This document shows positions 23,737-34,107 of a DNA stretch of 64,000 nucleotides, in pieces. Position 1 is the stretch's first letter. Every line of letters starts with the position of its first letter. The stretch is from Macrostomum lignano. Its lineage: Eukaryota. The stretch covers positions 930,001 to 994,000 of the forward strand of contig NIVC01000001.1 in NCBI GenBank assembly GCA_002269645.1, in the 5' to 3' direction. The position numbers and the translations under genes are program-made. The notes below the pieces were generated by a model. It did no database searches, was not told where the DNA came from, and was given only the letters and a program-made list of their open reading frames with translations.

Positions 23737-26700
23737 TTACTCCAAGCGAAGATTTGCCACATCGGCATGTTCAGCTTCGACATCAGCGAATACGAGGTCC
23801 CGCAGGCTCTCTGCGTACTCGCGCGTCGGATGGCGCCAAGTGTCGACAGGAAATTTGTCGTCAGGCCAGTCCAGCACTTGAACGGATTTCTGCCAGTCCA
23901 TGCACTCAAGCATGGTCTTGAATGCCATGATGTACTCGTCAAGGTTCTGCTTCAGTTTCGCCCGACGCACGCCTCCGAAGCCGCTCTTGGCTTGCTTGCG
24001 AAGGTTCAGCACGCACGGCGGCACCTCAAAGGCCACGCTTAGCTCTCGCGAGTTTGACTTCCAAGTGTACAAGCAGAACCGATAGTTTCTGCCCTCGCTT
24101 TGAAACGTGTCTTTCTTAAAAGTGACTCCCAGCTTACTGAGCTGCTCTTGCAGTTCGGAATACTCAGGATACCGCGCACTGCGTGGTACAACGTACTTGT
24201 AAGGCAGCTTGAACGGCAGTCTGCCGGCTTGTTCACCTGGGTAAAGATTCAGGCAATTTTGTTAAAAAATCATTTTCACGCACCGAATGGGAGTGTACCT
24301 GATATGGGGGTGAGCCACAGTACCGTAGCTGCAACTGCCGCCGACAAACTAAGACTTACATTGAACCAAATGATGAACAAATCCAAAGCAGGAGTTTGCA
24401 GCCATTGAATAAGCCATGGACATCAGAGGAAGGTTTTCATCGACCTTGATAGTAGGATTTCTAAGATCTAAAATTGTCAATTGTAGACAGTAAAATACTT
24501 ATAAAACATTATGACCAAGTTTCACTAATTAATAGAGAAACTTAAAAGTACTCAAAAATAACTTACTTAGACGTTGAATTAATTCGTGGAATGAACAATG
24601 CCTTGATTCGCCCTCAGAGAAAGCAAACTGAATATTGTCTAATCTGTCGTTTGTTAGATTTAGGATAGACACAACATTATTCTCAGGAAGAATTTGCAAT
24701 GAAGACGGTAGGACGCTGTAGATGTCTTTATTGACATTTTGGGTGATGACAACGACCACCAGATTGTACTCCTGACGCATGTGAATCTGAAATTGACCAA
24801 TTAGTTTTATATGATAAAACTATGTGACGTTATCACTTATAGAAATGAAAACTTACGTAAGTCACAGCTGATGTTATGTCTCGAAGCAAGTGGTTGTGCT
24901 TTTTATCACTGTAGTCAAAGCTGCTGTACTCCTTGTTGAAACACTCCAAGTCTTGGAGAGATGCAAACAAAATCATTCGCCGGCATTTGACGAGAACTTC
25001 GGCAAACGTGTTGTTTAACAGCTGGAAATTTTCTACACGAAAGCCTTCTTCTTGCTCGAGCCTTTCGACGACAGCATCGTGAAGCTCTTCGACTGACCTT
25101 GAAAACTTGACAACTAAAACGTCACTGTCAACTTGATGATGATTATCAATCGATCGGATAGGTTCATTGCGGCGATCATTAAAAATTTCCTCCTTGATGC
25201 GGGAGAGAAAGAGTTTATCCCAGTTATCGTCAGACTCCCCCTTCTTACGCTCAACAATACAAGCTGCTTTGTCAAAATTCGCAGACTTGTCAGGCAGGAC
25301 GTCTACAGAACCGAATTTTGCAAGCAGCTCGTTTGCTTTGGGGTGGTTCAAAATGAACTGCAACTCTTCCTTGAAGAGCTTGTAGGCATTATGCAGCATT
25401 TCTTCTGAAACATCTAAATCTTTGATTCCTCGAAGCTCGCGAATGACAGTGACTGGAGGAGCGAAGCCTCCCAAGATTATTGCGTGGCTGTAGCGCTCAG
25501 ACTGAGAGATTTTCAATTCTTCACCAAATTTGACAAGGTAGAGAGGAATTGTTTTGGAATAACCTGGACTTTCAAACTCTAATGTTATAGGCTGCGCACA
25601 ATGTTGCGGCGGTGCACATAATTCCTCATTGTCTGCAGGACTAGAATTCGAAGTCATTACTGGTTCACTCAGTGTGCGTTGAATCTTGCAACATGTAGCA
25701 AAAAGCTTCTCCGGATTTGGATTCACATGACTGTCACTGTCGATGTCGTCCTCCTTCAGTAGCACAAAGTACTTCTTCAAAACGAATATTTTTTTTTGAT
25801 CAATGCTGCCAAGACCACATTGATCGAGCAATTCTGCTTTTAAGAGGCTACTGTCATTAGTTACTTGGTCTCTCAAAACCTTGCCGATATTAGGCAAAAT
25901 ATATGCCAAGAAACCTGTGGCATACTGCCAAGCAAGACCATTTCCAAGGCTCCCAAATACCATACTTTTGCTTACTTCTACAGCTGCCTCTTCAGTCAGC
26001 CACGCTTTGACAGCTTCTTGAATTGCGCCCAAACTGCAGGGCCCAACTGCACGGACAAAGCTCTGAATGCGGTGGTTTTTAAGCACGGTGTCTCCGTCAG
26101 ATCCATCAGAGGCAGCGTACATCTTGACGATGTACATGACTGGCTCTCTCAGAGCAATCATCCTGTCAAAAGCCATCTGGTACAGATGACCGCGAGCGTG
26201 GCTCGAGATTTCTCCTGGTGGCTTGAAGTACACAACGATCACTTTGTCACACTCAGCCATGTTGTCGGAAATGGCATTCCATTCAAAGCAATTTGGATCT
26301 CGTTGGCGCAAGCGAAATCCCGAGTGCAGAAGGAAGTTGATAAGCGAATCGAAATCATCCATCTGTTTGCTGCTGGCTGCTGTATCGCCAACAGGTAGCG
26401 CAAAGATAATGTCTGAAATGAAAATAAAAATTACTGAAATATTGCTGCTTACAATACGGTTCATACAGTATCTGAGACTTAATTACATGTAAATCCTATC
26501 TACCTTTTTTTAGCCATATTTGCAACTCGGCTTCCATGTTCTCAACTGGTATTCTTCTGACATCTTCGCGTTTTCCGACTTTTTCTAGCAGCTTTTCTGC
26601 CGCAAGATTTTCCGCTTCGACAATGAGGACGCACTTGTTGCAGTCTTTGGCTCGCTGGAATGCGCAATAATAACACGGGATACTAGTGTGGGCCTGAATA

Positions 26701-26980
26701 ATGTTGAGAGTACTCCCAGAAACACTCAAGAATCAAAACCAATTACCTCGAGAAGACGCTCAACATTGCCGATAAATTTGTAAGACCATCCTTTCGACAC
26801 AACCAGAATAAGTCGATCAGAGTTCTCGACATCATTAAGTGTTTGAGTCTTAACGACATAGCAGGATTCGGAATCAAGAACGGCGTGAATTCTCTGCCTG
26901 ATGTCGCTTGGGTCGCAGACGAGCACAACCGACTGACTGCGGGTTGGCTGAAGGCTTGCTGCTGCCTCTTCTGCGTCAGC
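23737..26980 (-). CDS. Gene F: TIR-TIR-STING-TIR-STING protein (at least 935 aa; no in-frame ATG at its 5' end)
   Basis: Exons 26980-26747, 26693-26504, 26412-24857, 24786-24567, 24467-24360 and 24236-23737; all GT-AG, phases 0/1/0/1/1, open throughout. CBD1 GNGLAWQYATGFLAYILP; CBD2 SMAYSMAANSCFGF..EGRNYRFCLY..FEVPP. TIR-like units: SVVLVCD..VENSDRLILVVS; IIFALPV..MAECDKVIVVY; DVLVVKFS..VVERLEQEEGFRV..CRRMILFAS. Confidence 0.8.
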
Positions 26981-27322
26981 CTGGAAGTGAGAGCCAAGAT
27001 ATAGACAACAATATATTAAAGAATAGTAAAATAATATACAATAATTTACTAATTAAAAAAAATGACATCCGAACAACATGCAATATTTTCCGCTGCTAAT
27101 TTCTTAACACGGCCGATAGCTATGAGAAATTTATAAATTAATAACACGAAAAGCAGCTACTAAAGCAACGTAAACGTGTTGCTTTGTTATTAGTATGCAT
27201 TTATTAATAACATTCGGGGCCAATTGACAACAAAATGCACATGTCAAATGAACTCTACTAATTCATCCGACTCAATTTAATTCTAATAAAGTCGCTAAGT
27301 TGGGTGGCTTGAAGTTCAACAG

Positions 27323-30300
27323 CTACTCTTTTAGCTTGTAGTCGAAGTCGGGCGAATCATTGTAGTCGTGCGGCAGCTCTGGCTTGAGCACGACGTGCCA
27401 ATTGAGCAGCGGTGTGTCAGCTCGCTTAGCCAGAGTGTACACGGTTTTGTGCACCGGCTTGCGGTAGGCGCCCAACTGCTCCATCTGCTCGCTGTACGGC
27501 GGCCAGATGCGCGCCTGTTCGTCGGGTGTTGGCACTCGCGGCTCCTGTTTAAAGGTGATAGTTTAATAATCAATTGGAATCTTATTGACAATCTTTATAG
27601 TCTGGTAGTATGGTTGTCGCGACTTTATTAGTAATTTCTTAGTTCATCTGCACTTGTATCTTGTTCACTCTGTTTTCTCTCTCCCTCTCTGTCTAGTTCA
27701 GTCTTGTTATTCTTATCTATCTCTCTCTCACTCGCTGCCTTCTGATTGGCTCCTCAATCTCGCCTCTTGCCTTGCACACCAACACCACCCCTCTTTTTCT
27801 TATCTGCACTCAACCCCCCCCCCCCCAGTTTAATGACATAAATATGTGGTTGGGCCCCTGCACCACACTTGCTTTGTTTGGTGTTTTTTTGAACTCTAAT
27901 TACTTTACTTGACGCCCGAACAAAATACCGAACAAAAACAATATAATGTAGACTGTTTAAAGAAGTTCTCATGGGATTTTTTCTTCAAAGCTGGCCCATT
28001 TTTACAGACCTGGCTTGGAGCGTCTTTTAATTCGTTGACACTTGACAGACAGACTGTTGTTGCAGCTGGGAGTAGAATTTTACATATGCATTGGTAAAGC
28101 GCAAGAGCTTTCCAGATGACCGTAATATTTTACTTTCTTAGTGCACCTTGTCCCTGTGATATATCTAAATATACATAGACTATTTTAAGGCCAACATTGC
28201 TTTATCAAAAGCATCACGGATAGAGGGGTTAGCGAGGCTTCTTTGAGACCCAGCGGCCTATGACAACAGCAGCCACAAGCCAAATGTAGATGCGAGTTTT
28301 TCTAGGGGAGGGTGGGGGTCAGGTCGCACTTTAAGCGACATATAATCAGCGAGAGGCATTACCGCCCATTCCGCCGACTTCCCTGAGCAGGCACACAAGC
28401 GCGCGGAGGCTACGACCCTCTTGATTCGCTAGATCCATCGCCGTCTACACACTTATAGTTAGTAAACAATAATAATACTCAACAGTAAATTGGACACCAA
28501 CCTGAAAGCTATACGGATCCCACTTGGGTCGGAGCAGCATGAGCGGCGGCGCCAGTTCGCTAAACCGATCCGGATGCTGCCTGATGAGGTGAGCCTCTAT
28601 AGCCGGCGGGTATCGGCACACCGATTCGATCACTTGCACAGGCGCCGGCTCAAAGCTGCGCGATTTGAATTCCTCTTCGCGCTCTCTCGGCACCAGCACC
28701 CAGTCAGGCAGGTGAGTGCCAGGTATGAGGGTCGGTGTGCCCTCCGCTTCGCCAGGCGGCGACATCAGCCGGCCGCGGAACACCTCCGTGCCCCACACGC
28801 GACAGCGGCGCCGAGAAGCGTCGCCAAGCACCGGCTCGACTCGGGTTGGCACGCAGTAGCATGGCTCTTTGTACCTGGTTTGGTAATTGGATAGGATTTG
28901 ATGGCTCTTTGTACCTGGTTTGGTAATTGGATAGGATTTGATGGCTCTTTGTACCTGGATTGGTAATTGACATGATTTGATAGCTCTTTGTACCTGGTTT
29001 GGTAATTGGATAGGATTTGATGGCTCTTTGTACCTGGTTTGGTAATTGGATAGGATTTGATGGCTCTTTGTACCTGAATTGGTAATTGACATGATTTGAT
29101 AGCTCTTTGTACCTGGTTTGGTAATTGGATAGGATTTGATGGCTCTTTGTACCTGAATTGGTAATTGACATGATTTGATAGCTCTTTGTACCTGGTTTGG
29201 TAATTGGATAGGATTTGATGGCTCTTTGTACCTGGTTTGGTAATTGGATAGGATTTGATGGCTCTTTGTACCTGGTTTGGTAATTGGATAGGATTTGATG
29301 GCTCTTTGTACCTGAATTGGTAATTGACATGATTTGATGGCTCTTTGTACCTGAATTGGTAATTGACATGATTTGATAGCTCTTTGTACCTGGATTGGTA
29401 ATTGACATGATTTGATGGCTCTTTGTACCTGGATTGGTAATTGGATAGGATTTGATGGCTCTTTGTACCTGGTTTGGTAATTGGATAGGATTTGATGGCT
29501 CTTTGTACCTGAATTGGTAATTGACATGATTTGATAGCTCTTTGTACCTGGTTTGGTAATTGGATAGGATTTGATGGCTCTTTGTACCTGGTTTGGTAAT
29601 TGGATAGGATTTGATGGCTCTTTGTACCTGAATTGGTAATTGACATGATTTGATAGCTCTTTGTACCTGGTTTGGTAATTGGATAGGATTTGATGGCTCT
29701 TTGTACCTGAATTGGTAATTGACATGATTTGATAGCTCTTTGTACCTGGATTGGTAATTGACATGATTTGATGGCTCTTTGTACCTGGATTGGTAATTGG
29801 ATAGGATTTGATGGCTCTTTGTACCTGGTTTGGTAATTGGATAGGATTTGATGGCTCTTTGTACCTGAATTGGTAATTGACATGATTTGATAGCTCTTTG
29901 TACCTGGTTTGGTAATTGGATAGGATTTGATGGCTCTTTGTACCTGGTTTGGTAATTGGATAGGATTTGATGGCTCTTTGTACCTGGTTTGGTAATTGGA
30001 TAGGATTTGATAGCTCTTTGTACCTGGTTTGGTAATTGACATGATTTGATGGCTCTTTGTACCTGGTTTGGCAATTGGATAGGATTTGATGGCTCTTTGT
30101 ACCTGGTTTGGTAATTGGATAGGATTTGATGGCTCTTTGTACCTGGTTTGGTAATTGGATAGGATTTGATGGCTCTTTGTACCTGGTTTGGTAATTGGAT
30201 AGGATTTGATAGCTCTTTGTACCTGGTTTGGTAATTGACATGATTTGATGGCTCTTTGTACCTGGTTTGGTAATTGGATAGGATTTGATGGCTCTTTGTA

Positions 30301-30930
30301 CCTGGTTTGGTAATTGGATAGGATTTGATGGCTCTTTGTACCTGGATTGGTAATTGACATGATTTGATGGCTCTTTGTACCTGGTTTGGTAATTGGATAG
30401 GATTTGATGGCTCTTTGTACCTGGTTTGGTAATTGGATAGGATTTGATAGCTCTTTGTACCTGGTTTGGTAATTGGATAGGATTTGATAGCTCTTTGTAC
30501 CTGGTTTGGTAATTGGATAGGATTTGATAGCTCTTTGTACCTGGTTTGGTAATTGGATAGGATTTGATGGCTCTTTGTACCTGAATTGGTAATTGGATAG
30601 GATTTGATGGCTCTTTGTACCTGAATTGGTAATTGACATGATTTGATGGCTCTTTGTACCTGAATTGGTAATTGATACGATTTGATGACTCTGGCCCTCC
30701 GTGTTACTATACATGTAGTGACTGACAGGTTATCATGGAGAGATGGATAAGAGAAGTGCCAGCCATTTTGAAATCGCAGTTTGATATAAACAAACTCACT
30801 TAGCGGCGTGATTCAGCCGATAGAAGCAGCGCCCAACGCCCAGATCTTTCAGCTGGATGGCCAGCTCGGCAAAGAATTTGCCAGTAAGAACTGGCGGCGC
30901 CATGCGGCCATAGTATTTCACGCGGGGCAT
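27323..30930 (-). CDS. MRPS34: Mitochondrial small ribosomal subunit protein mS34 (241 aa)
   Basis: Exons 30930-30800, 28874-28502 and 27544-27323. MPRVKYYGR..GKFFAELAIQLKDLGVGR..KYKEPCYCVPTRV..RVWGTEVFRG..DWVLVP..EEEF..YPP matches MRPS34 motifs (GxGR, EPCY, WGxxxFxG, DWxLVP, YPP). Confidence 0.88.
28305..28420 (-). mobile_element. Truncated copy of the SINE found at 32867 and 59171
   Basis: Shares GCACTTTAAGCGACATA..GCGAGAGGCATTAC.GCCCATTCCGCCGACT.CCCTGAGCAGG..CAAGCGCGCGG. Confidence 0.75.
28862..30690. repeat. 40/39-bp minisatellite (about 46 copies) in MRPS34 intron 1, containing the 3' splice site
   Basis: Sense-strand unit ..AATTACCAAACCAG|GTACAAAGAGCCAT..; the last copy supplies the real acceptor and the first 14 nt of exon 2. 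Confidence 0.97.
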
Positions 30931-32228
30931 TGCCGTTGCGCTGGAAGTGCGCGTAGTGTTTATAATATAGTATCATATAGTAACGAGCTTCGAAAAAAAT
31001 AGTCAATAGAGGCCACTTACCATTGCGGGCAGTTTCAATTAAATCTACACTAGCCTACTGGTTCTCAGTTAGTTACAACAGCGCACAAGCGGCAGTTGTA
31101 AGTGGAAAGAAAAGCTTTTATTATAAAGTTAACTTAAGCCTCGTCTTTTATGAGACCAGCAATACGGTCTGGGGTTTTAAGCTAGCATTTCAGAAAGTAT
31201 AAAAGGCAAAACTGTCGGTTCACAACACAAGCAGACAAGTGGCTTAAAACTGCAATAGTCTAGCATAGACTCTACATAAGGGCAGACATGGATAAATGTA
31301 CACAGACGGATAGAATGTACAGCGAGATGAAAAGTCACTAAAATTAGAACCGCAAGTTCTATTCCACTGAACTAAGCGCGCAGACAGACTATGGGGGGAT
31401 AGGAAAACAGTCAAAACCAGAGATTCGTAGTAAAATAATTTTCTTCCGAACTAAAAAACTACTGAATCGTCAAACTACTCTACTTGTAGTAGGCGCCTAT
31501 AAAATCTGTAGGTATAAATTAGGCAAAAAACGAAGGCAGTAAAGACTAATGCTTAAAAGTGTCGAGTAATAGTGACACAAATGAAGTAATTTCTATTTTT
31601 TTCTGCAAAACCTCAAAAGCCTGCAGTATGTGAAACCGGAGTAAACAAAGCATTTACACTATAAGACACTATAAAAAGCTTTTGTATCAAATTATATCAT
31701 GTCAAATTGTATTATCAAAAACTGTACAGAACGCATTAATAATAATACTGTGTGCAGAGTATGAGAGGCTTGGCTGCCCTCTGCCAGATTGTGCTACTAC
31801 CAGTAGTTATTTTCAAATTTAGTATGCACATCAGTTTATAATAAAATAATCAAACTAATATCTAGGCAATGTAAAGTAAATCTGAGAACGATGCTCTGAT
31901 TCTGAATAAAAACACTTGGCAAGACAATTTTATTATCAATTTAAGCCAGTTGGGATCTAAAACAAGTATAAATAAACAACTCTAATCAGTGATTGCTTAG
32001 TTATTAGGCACGACAGAAAATGATGCGAAGGACCATCACCTGAGGTATTGCTGGCGCTATGCGAAAGGAACTGCAATCGCGATTGTAAAAAGCGAGATTT
32101 ATTTTACAAGGAATCACCATTAGAGTACAAAAAAGTTTAATTGAAAATTTGGCTGAAAAGTTTGGAATTAAATAATATTCACCAAGTGTTGCGCAACTGG
32201 AAGAAACTTGCTATGGGTTCAATGAAAT

Positions 32229-33592
32229 GGAAGGTTCAGTGGCGATTCTCAGGGAAGGTTCAGTGGCGATTCTCACTGAAGGTTCAGTGGCGATTCTCAC
32301 TGAAGGTTCAGTGGCGATTCTCACTGAAGGTTCAGTAGGGATTCTCACTGAAGGTTCAGCGACGATTCTCACTGAAGGTTCAGCGACGATTCTCACTGAA
32401 GGTTCAGCGGCGATTCTCACTGAAGGTTCAGTGGCGATTCTCACTGAAGGTTCAGTGGTGATTCTCACTGAAGGTTCAGTGGCGATTCTCACTGAAGGTT
32501 CAGTGGCGATTCTCACTGAAGGTTCAGTAGGGATTCTCACTGAAGGTTCAGCGACGATTCTCACTGAAGGTTCAGTGGCGATTCTCACTGAAGGTTCAGT
32601 GGCGATTCTCACTGAAGGTTCAGTGGCGATTCTCACTGAAGGTTCAGTGGCGATTCTCACTGAAGGTTCAATGGCGATTCTCAGAAAGGTTCAGTAGGGA
32701 TTCTCAGGGAAGGTTCAGTAGGGATTCTCACTGAAGGTTCAGTGGCGATTCTCAGGGAAGGGTTAGTGCCGATTCTCACTGAAGGTTCAGTGGCGTTTCT
32801 CACTGAAGGTTTGAAGGTTCAGTGGCGATTTTCAGGGAAGGTTCAGTGGCGATTCTCAGGGAAGGGTTTTTTTTTAGAGGCAGGGGGGTTGTGTGCACCC
32901 TGGCGCACTTTCAGCGACATAGGCACACAACCGGCGAGAGGCATTACTGCCCATTCCGCCGACTCCCCTGAGCAGGTATACAAGCGCGCGGATACGTACG
33001 CAGGCACACACTCACACAGGAGTGTACAGCGGCCCTAACTTTATATTATCGTTAGGCATGTACACTTCACTGCGCCTTGGGGGTTGGCTCTCAAGGCCGT
33101 TAATTGCACGAGCAGAGCCAAGCCGAGATTCCAATTCAGCCCCAAATTAATGTGACTGCACTTGGAATCGAGCCTGGGTCGCTGGCACAGCAGAGCAGCT
33201 GCGCTACCGCTGGGCTACGGCCCCCACTTTCTCACTGAAGGTTTGAAGGTTCAGTGGCGATTTTCAGGGAAGGATCAGTGGCGATTCTCAGGAAAGGGTT
33301 AGTGGCGATTCTCACTGAAGGTTCAGTGGCGTTTCTCACTGAAGGTTTGAAGGTTCAGTGGCGATTTTCAGGGAAGGTTCAGTGGCGATTCTCAGGGAAG
33401 GGTTAGTGCCGATTCTCACTGAAGGTTCAGTGGCGATTGTCACTGAAGGTTCGTGGCGATTCTCAGGGAAGGTTCAGTGGCGATTCTCAGGGAAGGTTCA
33501 GTGGCGATTCTCACTGAAGGTTCAGTGGCGATTCTCAGGGAAGGTTCAGTGGCGATTCTCACTGAAGGTTCAGTGGCGATTCTCAGGGAAGG
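32229..33592. repeat. 24-bp minisatellite GGTTCAGTGGCGATTCTCACTGAA, interrupted by a SINE
   Basis: Directly visible at 32229-32860 and 33232-33592, between TECPR1 and MRPS34. Confidence 0.95.
32867..33225 (-). mobile_element. tRNA-derived SINE (full length)
   Basis: Minus-strand head GGGGCCGTAGCCCAGCGG (A box) and GGCTCGATTCC (B box), with an A-rich tail; near-identical copy at 59171-59529. Confidence 0.85.
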
Positions 33593-33657
33593 TTGTATAC
33601 ACTATGCGGGAGGCCACACTGGAGAGAGAGAAGCGGCACCGAGAGAAGCGACTTTTG

Positions 33658-34028
33658 TCACCGCCTGGCAGCCATGCCGCGAACACAGGCGGACTGGCAC
33701 AGGCCCGCCAGGCCGCGGTTCCAGCCGGTGCCGCACGGCGACTCCTGGCTGCACATCCCGGAGCGCAGCGCCAGGTCGCGCCCCTCCAGCAGGACGGCGC
33801 AGACCCGGCCGGCGCCGACGCTTACGCTGGCGACGCCGCGACAGACCAGCTCCCAGTCAGTGCCGTCGGGGAAATCGCGGGGCTGAACGTTGCGACGCCG
33901 ATAGAGGCAGCCGGATTCGTCAACAGCCCACAGCTCGCGCCCGTCTGCTGACACCTGCGATTGAGGCGGGGGGTCAGGAACTCTGTGTGGACAGACAGAC
34001 AGACACTAAGGTAGGCAGACAGAAGGAC

Positions 34029-34107
<79 letters not shown>

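Noticed and set aside
26413-26464. Signal-peptide/TM-like start (MNRIVSSNISVIFIFIS) of the 543-aa ORF
   Set aside because: It lies in a GT-AG intron (26503-26413), and the hydrophobic residues come from the T-rich acceptor tract. I found no TM segment in any STING-like gene.
6448-27000. A linked cGAS/cGLR nucleotidyltransferase
   Set aside because: I looked for a Mab21-like hGS..DxD motif and found none, so any ligand synthase must be encoded elsewhere.
28445-30714. 598, 456 and 649-aa ORFs
   Set aside because: They are translations of the 40/39-bp array; only 28874-28502 is a real MRPS34 exon.
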